Shown piece by piece: positions 1-12,119 of a stretch of 64,000 bases of DNA. Under the pieces are notes generated by a model. That model saw only the letters and a program-made list of their open reading frames with translations, was not told where the DNA came from and did not search any database. Each line of letters starts with the position of its first letter. Position 1 is the stretch's first letter. Origin of the DNA: Amphiscolops sp. MND2022 (taxonomy: Eukaryota); the NCBI GenBank assembly GCA_964187785.1, contig OZ076415.1, forward strand, positions 67,146,001 to 67,210,000. Direction: 5' to 3'. The translations under genes and the position numbers were made by a program.

Positions 1-908
1 TCCTCAAGCAGCGGCGACGATCGGGATCCACTCTCTCTGGTGGTGTTAGTATATCAATTTGATATTGGAGGTGTAGGCATTTTCCCTCTAATTGAATTTC
101 TGACAAATTTTAACAGTTTTTCTGTAAGAGATAAGTTAGGCGGATTGCTTTTGGTCCGTTTGCAGAGGACCCGCTCTCTCTCTCTTCGTAGTTAGCTCAT
201 TAGCTCAAGACGAACGTTTTCCCAGAAAACATTAGGAGACTCCAGTCAGTCCCAAGCAAAAACGAAGCAGTCGCTTCTTTCAATTAAACGGTGTCCGTGA
301 CCTAGTAGCATTGGGTCGTAGCATTGAGCTACCGGAGAACTTTCAAAGTCTCTTGCAGGAAAAACAACCCGTTTGCATTGGGTTCGAGAGTTGTAATAAC
401 GTTGTAGCAAAACTAAGGTTGGGAAAGTCACTCTGGTCCGAAGGAACAAATTGAGTAAAAGCCCGCTTAGGTCTCCTCGGAGGCTGGTTGAAAGCCGTGA
501 GCCCAGTGGTAATCTTGGAACCTATGTAGCATACCGAGTGTGGAAACCTAGAAATCTAGTGAACCTAGAAATCTAGTGAAAGTACCCGAGTGTTTGCCTG
601 ATAGTGATCTGGGACCCACGCACTTCAATCCTAAGGACAAGAGTGACTCCCTCGGACGATTTAGTTAAAGTAATTTTCCGTCAACAGTCGCAAGAGCATT
701 TTTTCAAGTGGGTACAAAAACTCTGTGGACTGAGTGTATTCTCCATAGGTTTTCTCAGGGTAACTTCGGCGGATTCGTTTACCCCGAATTACTCTAGTAA
801 GCAACCTCTTATCACCAACGGGATTTGTGAGTATCCCAGAACTTTCGAGTCTGTAACCCTGCACCTGAGGAACGTACCTCTCCCCAGTTGATAGGTGTGA
901 ATTTTACA
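1..908 (+). repeat. 5' LTR of element 1 (truncated by window edge)
   Basis: Matches 11911-12838 except 4 substitutions (113, 427, 776, 848) and a 20-bp (CT)n length difference. Ends ...TTTTACA. Confidence 0.95.
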
Positions 909-909
909 G

Positions 910-927
910 TGGCGCTCCTGGGTGGGC
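910..927 (+). promoter_or_regulatory. Primer binding site of element 1
   Basis: TGGCGCTCCTGGGTGGGC starts 1 nt after the LTR end. TGGCGC resembles tRNA-Lys-type PBSs; the cognate tRNA is not established. Confidence 0.7.
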
Positions 928-984
928 TGTTGGTTCTTAACTCTTTTAACAGGTGCAGTTTCAGCAGCTTTTCTTTTTGACAAA

Positions 985-1974
985 ATGGACACTCCTATCA
1001 GACCAGAACGATTTTCGTCCAAAGAGTACAAGGATTTTCGAACATGGCGGCAACATTTCACAAGAGTAGCCACAGCCAACGGCTGGGACAATCAACAGCA
1101 GAGACGGATGATCCCTTGTAGCCTCGGCAGTGGCCCGCTGGAAGAATACGCCACCTTGCCAGAGAATCAGCGTGAAGGCAACGACGTTACGGGGGCACAA
1201 CTTCTAGATGCGCTTGCGACAAGACTAGTCCCATTCGCCACGCAAAGGGGCCTGCGACAAGACTTCAAACTGGCAGCCCAAGAAGATAGCGAGAGTCTGC
1301 GTGAGTGGGCCAGACGAGTCAGAACACTTGGTCAGAGGGCCTACGGTACTTTGGCTGCTATGGACAGGGAAGCACTCCAGCGTGACCAGTTCATTGATGG
1401 ACTCACGGATGCAGACATCCAAGAGTCACTTTGGAAAGAGGACATAGATGGTTTTGGGGAGACCATCGAGCGTGCTCTTCGACTGGACAGCATCAACAAA
1501 GCAAAACAAGCGAAACAAAAACGACGAGCAGGACCAGTGGTGAGGCATGCCTACTTTGAGGACGAATGTGACGTAGAGTGTGGACACCGAACAGGCGTGA
1601 ACGCACTGGTCGAGCAGGGATCTGGTTCTGGCCTACAGGCTAAATGGGAGCGACAAGCGAAGGAGACGCAGGATCTGGTGAAACAACAGAACGTCTTTTT
1701 GCAAATGCAAACGACTATGTTGAACGAAACCCTCACTCGTCTCGAAGACAGTCTGAGGACACTCGCTTCAGGCCCGAAAGGTCGCTACGGTAGTCAGACC
1801 AATCAGAAGTTGTTCGACCCGTACCCGGGAGAAAAAAATAGTTTCGGGAACTCCGGCGCATCCCCCAACCAGGCTGAGTGCTATCATTGTCACGAGACGG
1901 GGCATTGGGCGAGGGCTTGCCCAAATCGTGGGACACCCGACGAAACCTCAACCAGCGAGAACCATTTAAACTGA
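985..1974 (+). CDS. gag: Gag with CCHC zinc knuckle
   Basis: Open ORF from ATG 985. Capsid-like region (WRQHFTRVATANGW) and CYHCHETGHWARAC knuckle. Confidence 0.9.
   Translation: MDTPIRPERFSSKEYKDFRTWRQHFTRVATANGWDNQQQRRMIPCSLGSGPLEEYATLPENQREGNDVTGAQLLDALATRLVPFATQRGLRQDFKLAAQEDSESLREWARRVRTLGQRAYGTLAAMDREALQRDQFIDGLTDADIQESLWKEDIDGFGETIERALRLDSINKAKQAKQKRRAGPVVRHAYFEDECDVECGHRTGVNALVEQGSGSGLQAKWERQAKETQDLVKQQNVFLQMQTTMLNETLTRLEDSLRTLASGPKGRYGSQTNQKLFDPYPGEKNSFGNSGASPNQAECYHCHETGHWARACPNRGTPDETSTSENHLN
1965..1971 (+). promoter_or_regulatory. -1 ribosomal frameshift slippery site
   Basis: T TTA AAC directly before the gag stop TGA. The -1 frame is open (PFKLKTAGE...) into pol. Confidence 0.75.
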
Positions 1975-2060
1975 AAACGGCCGGGGAGGAAACAATACCC
2001 GCCCTGGCCATAAAACCAATTCATAGCTCACAGTCAGATAGCAATAGCATAATCGATTTT

Positions 2061-2470
2061 TCGTGGTTAGAAGTTCAAGGCGATTATTTTGAAAGTAGCA
2101 CCTCTTTGGCGTTTTTTGGTCCATGTGATTTTAAGGATGATCATTCTGAACAATTTTGGGAAAAATTCGGTCACCTCGAGACCTTGAACGGACATGAACG
2201 CGAAGTTGGCAGAATTTTGGTGTTTTTTGAAGCCTCTCTCAATCGGTACTTGTACTATATAATAACTCGAGAAAATCAAAACGAAAAAACTACTTTTGCA
2301 AACTTCCAAAAATGCTTGAAAATGCTCTCTAAAATCATTTGTAGTTATCAAATAAAAAAACTAAGTATCTCGAAACCGAACATTGAACTCAATGGAATGG
2401 TGTGGACAGCAGCGCAGTCAATGATGCAAGACGAATTGAGTGACACCCCTATCCAACTCCACGTGTACAG
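2061..2470 (+). CDS. TARG1/OARD1-like macrodomain within pol, between gag and protease
   Basis: Colinear by-eye match to TARG1 blocks: EVQGDYF, FWEKFG, RYLYYIITR, KTTFANFQKCLKML, IKKLSISK, WTAAQSMMQD, IQLHVY. Confidence 0.7.
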
Positions 2471-5400
2471 TGGCGACGACATAGTTCAAGGGATGACCAC
2501 TTGCGAATCCGGTCCACCGAAACCGTTGCAGTATGGCAAGGTAACATTGCTGCAACCGAAGGATGAACGTAGCACCGCAGAGCAGCAGAGATTGACATGC
2601 AAATTTGAAAGTGAGCGCCCCCTATCAGTATTGGTGGAAATTCAGCTAGCTGGACGGGGAATTGATGCGTTAGTGGACACTGGAGCATGTGTCAACGTCA
2701 TCAGTGGAAAACCATTGGACCAACTGGGGTTCAGACCGAAAATAGAACTCTACCAAGGGAAAGCACGCACAGTGGATGGCTCGCCGCTGGCAATCGAAGG
2801 AACGGTGAAACTGAGGACACAAGTTGGCAACGTGGACACGACAGTGAAGTACCTGGTGGCAGAAGCAATCGAAGTACCTGTCATTCTGGGCCTGGGTTTC
2901 ATGACTACTCACAATGCTCGGTGGATCTCCCTTTACACCAATTCTGGACGGGAACAGAGTCAAGTGCAACTCCGTTGAAGTTGAAAGGCAGCTGGCACAT
3001 GGATGCTTTGACAGTGGCAAAAACAGAAGTAGACTGGAAACCATTGAGCTCGAAGCACCAAACGGACGTGGGACCAGATGGGGCTGAGAAACGCTCAAGC
3101 AAGCAAGACGACGTGTCAGCCACACAAGAGCAGTCGGAAGAACCAGACGACATCACTCACATAGTGGAGCTAACGTCGGGTAACATTGCGGGTTCAGCGA
3201 GAGGAAACCTCGAAGACATCGTTCGAGAGTTCAGAGATGTCTTTGCAGTGAGGGACAGTGAATTTGGGGCGACGAATCAAGTGTATCATCACATTACCAC
3301 GGGGGACAGTCGGCCCATCAAACTACCACCACATAGAGTAGCACCGGGCAAACTCCCAGACGTGAAGGCAGAAGTGCAGGACATGCTTCAGCGAGGGATA
3401 ATCCAACCATCCAACAGTCCGTACAGTGCCCCAATTGTTATGGTGCGAAAAAAAGACGGGTCAAACAGATTCTGCGTGGACTACCGCCGACTCAATGAAG
3501 TTACACGGAAGGATGCACAGCCAATACCGAACATCGACAAGACGCTGGACACCTTGAAAGGTTCCAAGTGGTTCTCGAGTCTGGACTTGGCAAGCGGTTA
3601 CTGGCAAGTAGAAGTGGCCCCAGAAGACAGACACAAGACAGCCTTCATAACGCCGGATGGAGGGCTATACGAATACAAACGCATGCCTTTCGGCTTGAGC
3701 AATGCGCCTGGGACTTTCCAGCGACTGATGAACGAATTGTTTAAAGCAGAGCTTCATAAATATGTTCTGATATTTCTAGATGACATCCTCATTTACAGTC
3801 CCACGCTGGAGGAGCACGCTGACCACATTCGACGAGTCATGCTAACGCTGAGGGCAGCTAACTTGAAACTCAAGCCGAAGAAGTGCAAGCTTTTCCAACC
3901 ACAAGTGGAATACCTTGGGCACATAATCGATCAAAATGGTAGCCGACCAGACAATAAGAAAGTGGAAGCCGTCCAGACGTAGCCACGACCAACTACCGTC
4001 ACGGGGGTGAAATCGTTCTTGGGATTTTGCAATTACTACAGGAAATTTGTCAAGGACTTTGCACAGAAAGCTGAACCACTAACCAACTTGACAAAGAAGT
4101 ACCAGCGATTTTCTTGGGACACAAAATGTGAGACAGTCATTCAAACGCTCAAAGATGCACTGACGCGCGCGCCCCTTCTCGCTCATCCCGATTACAGTAG
4201 CCTCTTCATTGTGGACACAGACGCAAGCAACACGCAGCTGGGGGCTGTTTTGTCCAACGTCATCGATGGTGTGGAAAGACCGCTAGTATACGCCAGTCGC
4301 GTTCTTAGTAAAACTGAATGACAGTATGCCACTACAAAACGTGAAGCTCTAGCCGTAGTGCAGGCAGTAAAATGGTTCAAACCATACATTTGGGGTCTCA
4401 AATTCATCATTCGCACTGACCACGCTAGTTTGAAATGGCTTTTCAGGCAAAACGCTGACGGAATGACTTTTAGAATGTTACAGAAGCTACAGGAGTTCGA
4501 CTACGAGTTTGTGCATCGAGCAGGGGAAAAGCACGGAAACGCAGATGGACTCTCAAGGCAGATCCCAGATGAACAACTCCCGGGGTGGCTAGACGGGGAA
4601 CTCGAGCAACTGGTGCAACCTGAACCGGAACCCTGTAGTATGAAAGAAGCTATTCAGCGTGTGAAGCAAAGCCTGATTCGGCAGGTCTCAACGGATCCAA
4701 TGGGTACTCGAGAGGGCGAAGCCAACAGAAGTTCGTCGCTCAGAGAGGAACAACAGAAGGATTCGACCTTGGCTGTTTTCAGACGATGGACGGGAGCGGA
4801 AGACGACCCGAACCAAGCAGCACTCCCCGCAAGACAAATCACGAGGGAGGAGGCTAGCGAGCATGGGACAGAGATGCTTAGATTATGGTCCTCCTGAGAT
4901 CGATTCGCGTACAAAGACGGGGTCTTGCATTACAGATGGCAGACGGCAGGAAACGAAGCAGACAGGCTTTTACCAGTGATCCCCTGGGGTTTGCGAGCGG
5001 ATGCTTTGCAACAACTACACGACAGCCCAGTGAGTGGAGGGCATATGGCAGTGGAGAAAACACTGGATCGAATACGACAACGGTTCTGGTGGCCTGGAAT
5101 GAGACAAGACGTGGAAAGGTACATCGAAGTTTGCAAACCCTGTGCGGCACGCAGAACACAAGGTAAGAAACTAGTTGCAGAGTTGAAGCCTTTCATAGTG
5201 GGCACCAGGTTTCACAAGGTAGCAGCCGACATCCTCGGGCCTGTGACGCTGACGAAGGACACCTCATTCAAATACATCTTGGTGATGACCGACCTCTTTA
5301 CAAAGTATGTGGTGACGGTCCCCTTGGCTAGCCAAACGGCGTCGTCTGTGGCTGAGGCAATCATACAGAACTGGTTCTTACGTTTCGGCATGCCGGACAG

Positions 5401-6265
5401 CCTACACACAGATCAAGGAACGAACTTCTGCAGTCAACTTCTGAAGGACGTGTGCACTTTGCTGGGGGTTGACAAGACGAGGACATCAGCATTCCACCCA
5501 CAAGGAAACGGACAGGTAGAGAGACACAACCGGGTAGTAGCCGACATGCTGTCAAAATACTGCGCCAATAACCCTAGAATCTGGGACCGGCTTGTGCCCT
5601 ATCTCACATTCGTCTACAATACGACTGTACACAAGACGACTGGAGCAACGCCCTTCAGTCTGGTCTACGGCGCCGAGTGTCAATACCCAATAGACCTCTT
5701 CTATCCTGGGCAACCGGGTGCGGAGAGTTTGGACGATGGATTTGTGGACCACCTCGGACAGGTGTTCAGAGAAGCTCATCAGCAGGCGAGGGTTACACTG
5801 GGCACCAATCAACGACGTGTGAAGGACGCTTATCACAAAAAAGTGCACGGTGATCCCTACTGCGAAGGGATGCGAGTGTGGTTGTTCTGTAAGCACAAGG
5901 CCATCTCGAAGAAGTTCAACCTTCCATGGGAGGGGCCCTATTTAGTACTGGAACGGATCTCCGATGTTACGTACAAAATAGCGAAGGAACCTGTGAAAGA
6001 AGGCAGATGGCAAATTGTGCATTATAACCGACTGAAGCCCTACACAGCGGAGGCCGAAAGACCACGACGAGGGGTCAATCAATCAAAGCAGACAGTTTAC
6101 GAAGAAAATACCGATTCAGAGGCGACGGAAAGCGAAGATGACACCAAGCATGAGACTGGGGACCCACGTGGCACCTTAACCGGAAAACAGACATCAAAGG
6201 AAAACCCTAATTTCCAATCCCCTGCCAAGAAATTTTGTTTAGAAATACCTGCTAACCCGTTTGGT

Positions 6266-6790
6266 AGCCTCTGTTTAGGTGATTCAATAACCAAGCGACT
6301 GCGAGCACGTGAAGTAGCTGATGACTGCGTAGTCAGGGGTTTCAGTGGCATCACGATAGACGAACTACGGCGGTGACTCAAGAGGTCAGACGCAACGAGG
6401 ATACATGTGGTGGCGCTGTGCATTGGAACGAACGACATATTGTCAGGTTCAGCAACTCCGAAGACCATGTGGCGATCGTACGAAGAACTGCTGGATGACC
6501 TTGTGCTCAAGTTCCAGCCATCAAAACTCGTGGTCTGTACTCTGCCTCCCCTCGAAGGTTCGCTTGCTCACCACGACGACCTGGTGACAAAATTCAACAA
6601 CTGCTTAAAGAAGCAGTTGGAGACGTGGAGACAAAAGGCAGCCTCAACGCAGATAGAAGTTATTGACGTTTACAAGCAATTCGAAGGAAAAAACTTGATG
6701 TCTCGGGACGGCATTCATCCCAACAAAAGGGGGCTGACGACCATGGCACACTTGTATCGACGGGTATGCGAACTTGAAAATGTGGCAATG
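6266..6790 (+). CDS. SGNH/GDSL hydrolase domain C-terminal to integrase (in pol frame, one stop at 6374)
   Basis: Block I LGDS (6278-6286), block II GFSG, block III IGTND, block V DGIHP (6707-6718). Confidence 0.85.
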
Positions 6791-7428
6791 ACGGGGGACA
6801 GTGACAGTGAGGACGAGGAACAACAGTTCTGGATGCCCAACACTGCCACATTGGGACAGAGAGTATCTAATACCGATACCCAAGGTACTCCTGTGGCTGC
6901 AGACGAGACATTGACGCCGGGACCCCTTCTGAGCGCAGGGACACACGAAGGGACAGTACTGGAGACTCTGCAGCTGGGCACGCCAGCTGATCCAGCACGT
7001 ACTCCAGTTGAGGCAGAAACTCCAAGAGCCAGTGAGAGGAAATCTCTAATCCCCCGAAGAAGCTTCACCCTGTTCCCAACGACGCCGCAATTGGATCCCT
7101 GTAGCGCAGACACCGGACAATCGAGACCCCTTCGAAACCGCAGGGCCCCAGACCGCTTCGGTGTACCTGTAACCTACACATAATTCAAACTATTCTTGAT
7201 AGAGTATAATCGTTTTTATTTCATAAACAAAAACATATAGATACATATATAAGAAAGGTTTTTCTTAAATTTTCAAAAGTAGGATTCTGTTGATAAATAA
7301 CCCTCCATCATAAATATCTGATAGGGTAGGGTGATCATAGTACGGACGTATCCCTTTCTACTTTCAAGAGTCCATGGTAACTACGTGCGCAGTATAACAC
7401 CCATCCAAGAATATCTTTTTTAAAATTT

Positions 7429-8040
7429 GTGCCATTAACTTTAGACCATTACCGAGTGCTACAGAATGGAACTCCCTCACAGTTCGAGAGTCAATGCAAC
7501 AACCCTGGCTCAACCCTGGAAAAGACCAATCAACAGGCCGACTGTGGACAAACGCACGAGCTGAGCCGGCATTTTAACTTCCAAGGAATCAGCCCGTCGG
7601 ACGGCTCCTACGGAGGGTTTTGGGGAGAGCGGATGAGAATCAACGACGACCAGACGTTTAGTAATCCACCACCCCCACCCTTACAGACCGGGCACTACTG
7701 GGCGAGTGAGAGCGAGGGGAAATTGTACTACGTGGAGGACTGGTACTGGGCGTCGCCAACATCGAAAAGATTATACCTCCTAGAGTATAAACCCACCCAC
7801 AGGAAATGGCCGGTCACTACCAATACGATGACTTTGGTGCCCATGACGAAGGCTTGGGAGGAGTATTGGGAGGTATTCCTCCATTGGCTCCAGAGGAAGG
7901 CTAAAGCGCCAGAGCTAGTGGTGCAACAGGCCATCCAAACTTGCCTTCTCGCCACGCAGGAGGTTCGAGCACGAACCAACGAGAGAGAGCGCTCCAGGCG
8001 CAGGAGCCCATCGCAATGGAGCACCGAAGTGAACTTTTAA
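7429..8040 (+). CDS. Orphan accessory ORF between pol and env
   Basis: 203 open codons between AT-rich spacers. First in-frame ATG at 7633; possible splice acceptor TTTAG at 7444. Trp-rich core and RERSRRRSPS tail. Confidence 0.55.
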   Translation: MPLTLDHYRVLQNGTPSQFESQCNNPGSTLEKTNQQADCGQTHELSRHFNFQGISPSDGSYGGFWGERMRINDDQTFSNPPPPPLQTGHYWASESEGKLYYVEDWYWASPTSKRLYLLEYKPTHRKWPVTTNTMTLVPMTKAWEEYWEVFLHWLQRKAKAPELVVQQAIQTCLLATQEVRARTNERERSRRRSPSQWSTEVNF

Positions 8041-8254
8041 CAACTCATGAAGTTAACTGTTGAATACGGAACTAAATCAAAAATTTTGTATGGAGTACTA
8101 TAATCACGGTGGAATTGGAAATTCTTTTAAAGAATTATTGAAGCCAAGCTAGTACGAAACAGCAAAGTCTCTTTATAAAAAGAAACGTTACTGAAACGTC
8201 TCTCTAGTGCTTCTGTGCACTCCGCAAGAAAAAAATTGTAGTCAACACCGAAAC

Positions 8255-10420
8255 ATGTGTTTAGGCCTCATGCTGTCCTTCTTTCTTCTTTGCTCACTGT
8301 GGGGAATTACCTCTGCCTCACTGGTCAACACATCGATTGGTGCCATATTTGTGCCCCAGACACCAGTTGTACTCCGCACGACAGATGTCAAAACGTGGCT
8401 CTTTATACCTTTTCCCGAAGGCGTAACAATTAACAAAACCCAAGTTCAGGATATCTTCGAAGGGCATTGGAGCGAAATGGATGAGATCTGGTCCAAGTAC
8501 AGCACATCGAAATACGTCTGGGGCAGCGCCCACAGTCCTCCGGACCATCTTAGCCAGAGTATTTCAAGGCTCTGTGGTGACTATAAACTCACGGCCGGCT
8601 GGATTGATGCCCAGAGAAAGATGATGCAAGCACTGGAACACCAAATGACACTAACGAACGAAGTACGACAGAGACTAATAGAACGAGCCCAAATGATGGT
8701 CAACTCCACGGAACCTGTTTGGTCTCGACAACCAAGGTTTTGGGCACCGGTCGTTGCAGGTGCGGCAGTCGCTACAGTATTGGAACCCGCCCTACCAGAA
8801 GAAGGATGCAAAATACTTTCAGTCTTTGGCTTGTGTAAAGACCATAAAGCAAAAATGATAGAAAAATTGCATTCAGCGTTGGGGGCAAACAAGGAGAAAC
8901 TCAAACAACTGTCCGAAAACAGCCAAGACGCTATTTTTGCACTCGAAAGCAGAGTAGAAGCAACGAAAGAAAACCTCCGGCTACTCAGCACCGAGTCAGA
9001 CACAAACTTTGCTCAAATTCGGAGTGAGATGAGCCGAATGCTGGATTGGCAGAGGGAACTGGTCAAATGGAAGAACGACTGCCAAAAAGGGGGCTTCGCA
9101 CACAGCTTCTGAACAATTCTGGAATGGGCCAATGGGACAAACTACCTAACAGGGCTGATCAACGAAGTAAGTTCGTACCGCATGGGCCTTCTAACATACG
9201 AGCGTGAAATGAGCGACGCACTAGAGGTCTTGATTCACGGACGACTGCCAGTGAGTATGGTCCCACCAGACGACCTGGCCACAATCCTCAATCAAATTGA
9301 AAAGAACAAACTCCGAGAAGCAATACCACGTGAGTTTCTAATGTCCTACTATAGTTTCGAACTAGTAAATTCTGTGCATGCAACAGGACGAGGCCTCCAC
9401 ATCAAATGGAGGGTGCCATTACATCCACTAACGGACGGGTTGCATGCCACGTAAAGAGCAATAGCAACACTGCGGCCGATCGAAAACACCACCACGGGTT
9501 CTCGGTTCAAGTTGAAGAAGACCATTTTGTTGGTGTCGCAGCAGAAGACGACTTATGCCGAGGCAGATGATCTGGATATCATACATCACTGTGATGGGAA
9601 CAGCAAACTGAAGTTGTGTCAACGAAACTTCGCAACCACTTCTAGACCGCAGACAGGGTGCTTGTCGAGCTTATTCACCGGAATGGAAGGGCACGTCTTA
9701 GAACAATGTGAGCAGAAGGTAGAAACGCTACCGACACAACCTAGGACAGTCTCCTTGGGGCTATCAACGTTTTTGGTGGAAGCTCCCAACAATGCCTACA
9801 CTTGGATCAATATCAGCAGCGTAAGTGGTCATCGTTCCATCATTCCCGGTTGTATTAGTTGTGTCATAAGGCCCCCTTGTTCGGGCTATTTGGAGCATCC
9901 CAACGGCATTCAACTGGTCCCCAGTGGAGACGATTGTGAAGTGGAGGATCCAGGCGATGTTAAGGAAGTAGTCCAGCCCGGCCTCTGGCGCGACGTACTC
10001 GGTTTGATAGCAGAGATTGCTCCGAGAGATGATGATGGAATCCAGACGCAAAGTATCTTGGACGAAGTCACATCAGAATTACTAGGAGCTCCAAGAGGTG
10101 GAAATTTGTCAGAGAAACTGCGGACAGTGGCCACACCAATCATCCAACGGTGGGCGAAGGACACGCCACCGAAAAGTGCGAATACACATGGACAACAGGT
10201 AACGTGGATGGTTGGGTCAATCGTTCTCTTCTGCTGCTTTCTTCTAAGCATAACCATAATTGTGTTTGGTCTTGTGTGGTGGAACCCTCGAGGGCAACAT
10301 CAACAGCCTCAGACTGCACCACCTGGTGCACTGGCACCGCCCCCCAGCCCTGGACCAGATGATCGATTGTCCGATGTGGAGCCTAGGAACCCAAATACCA
10401 GCCGCTTTTCACCCGCATGA
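8255..10420 (+). pseudogene. env: Envelope-like class I fusion glycoprotein, two in-frame stops
   Basis: Signal peptide, furin-type RQPR (8726-8737) then hydrophobic FWAPVVAGAAVA, heptad region, Cys-rich ectodomain, N-glycosylation sequons, TM helix near the C-terminus. Stops at 9110 and 9452 in the same frame. Confidence 0.85.
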
Positions 10421-11095
10421 AAGCAACCCTAGCCAGGGACTGAAATGTCATTGTTGTGCAGTTTGTACTTGCTTTAATGGTTCATGTTTTTTTGGTGACA
10501 TTGGGAGACAATCATGGTGCTACATAACAACTTTAACCCTTCAACCTAGATTTCTGACCAGATAAAAGTAGAAAGAGAGAAGCCCCTACTAAGCATTTTT
10601 TGAAATAATTTCCGAATTGATGATCGGACAATTGTTCAAGTATTGATGGAGGGATTCTATTTGAAAAACTAATGAAACAAATGATTGACTTAATACATGA
10701 AAAAATTTCAAGTAAAGGTCCTGTTAACATCCTTTGTTTCAGCCACTACTCCAGCCGGTCTCGTCATAGGGACTGAACGATCAAATTGCACAACGAGAAG
10801 CAAATCCAATTAAAGTACCATCAGGGATCAGCGCTTATGATAAAGGAAGTCCCTACGACGGGCCAGCCCAACAAATCAAATCACAAACCCAGTGCTAACC
10901 TTGTAACTTATGCCACTTTGAGACGTGTCAATCGGTGCTAATATTGTAATCTTTTACTTAACCGCTATCTTGTAACTATCAATTGTATCTGGAAGCGATC
11001 GTCTTTGCTGAGCTTGAGGAAATCGTGTGGGATGGTGAGAGAGAGATTTGTGATAACCCACATTCTTGTTCTATTCAGGAGAATAGATATAATCT

Positions 11096-11107
11096 GGAAG
11101 AAGGGAG
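11096..11107 (+). promoter_or_regulatory. Polypurine tract of element 1
   Basis: GGAAGAAGGGAG immediately before TGTGAGATT. Confidence 0.75.
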
Positions 11108-11864
11108 TGTGAGATTGATAAAATAACCTAATTGCATGAATAATATAAGATGAAAATACTAACTAGATTTCGATGAAAGCGTTCTTAATAACGGCAAAAT
11201 GAATATCTTCGGAGACAATAACTCAAACTTATATCAAGAAAGAACGTCGCGATATACCAATTGCTTATGTACTGGACAAATTTGATCGTGACAAAATGTG
11301 CCGATTGTGTTAAGGTTCTCAAATTCAAACCATGAAAACTAACAAAAATTTATCTCAACTTACCAAATTTCTCGGCAACTGTATGAATTCAATCGAAGTG
11401 TCTTCTCTGCTTGATGAAAATTTCAAAAGTGATCCAAATAAGATGTGATGCCCAAAAATAGAGCATGCAGTTCAAAGTTAAAAGATACCAGGCGAAAACC
11501 GTCCGACTAGGCGGACATATTGAAGGATAGGTGTCAGCACATGCCGGGAATCAAAACCTTCCCAACTGATAAGTGTTTCAAAATATGTCTAGATACAGCC
11601 AATTATGGCAAGTTCATGTCGATTAATAAAGATTCGGGGACAAAAATAGTAAAATGGGCTGACGGCCGTCTGGGAAGCCGTCAAAGATATGCAAAACGCG
11701 ACTGATAACCGATCTAAAAATACGGCAAACGGAGTATAAATACCAGCAATTTTTGACCTGAAGATCACAAGAAAATCGGGAGCAGAAGCAGACGATACCC
11801 CCTTTCGAGAAGTCACGATACCGATACCCTCAAAGCGGATCCGAGACTCCCTAACTGTTTCCGT

Positions 11865-11900
<36 letters not shown>

Positions 11901-12081
11901 TTTCACCCGCTCCTCAAGCAGCGGCGACGATCGGGATCCACTCTCTCTGGTGGTGTTAGTATATCAATTTGATATTGGAGGTGTAGGCATTTTCCCTCTA
12001 ATTGAATTTCTGACAAATTTTACCAGTTTTTCTGTAAGAGATAAGTTAGGCGGATTGCTTTTGGTCCGTTTGCAGAGGACC

Positions 12082-12119
<38 letters not shown>

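Larger units (their letters stand above)
1965..7183 (+). pseudogene. pol: Pol polyprotein (macrodomain-PR-RT-RNaseH-IN-SGNH), disrupted
   Basis: PR LVDTGA; RT LDLASGYWQ, MPFGLSNAP, FLDD; RH DTDAS; IN HHCC, DDE, GPY. One frameshift ~2915-2925 and in-frame stops at 3980, 4319, 4895, 6374. Confidence 0.93.

Noticed and set aside
246-891. Short ORFs in the element 1 LTRs (also 12176-12821)
   Set aside because: No recognisable motifs; they recur only because the LTR is duplicated.
7700-7870. Chromodomain-like look of YYVEDWYW...RLYLLEYK...W
   Set aside because: Only a loose aromatic pattern; the YLVKW and TWE cores are not matched. Left uncalled pending a profile search.
3980-9454. Alternative genetic code (TGA = Trp) or systematic readthrough explaining the stops
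   Set aside because: Stops include TAG and TAA and replace different residues (W, R, probably Y, and G or E in element 2). TGG is used normally, and TGA terminates gag.
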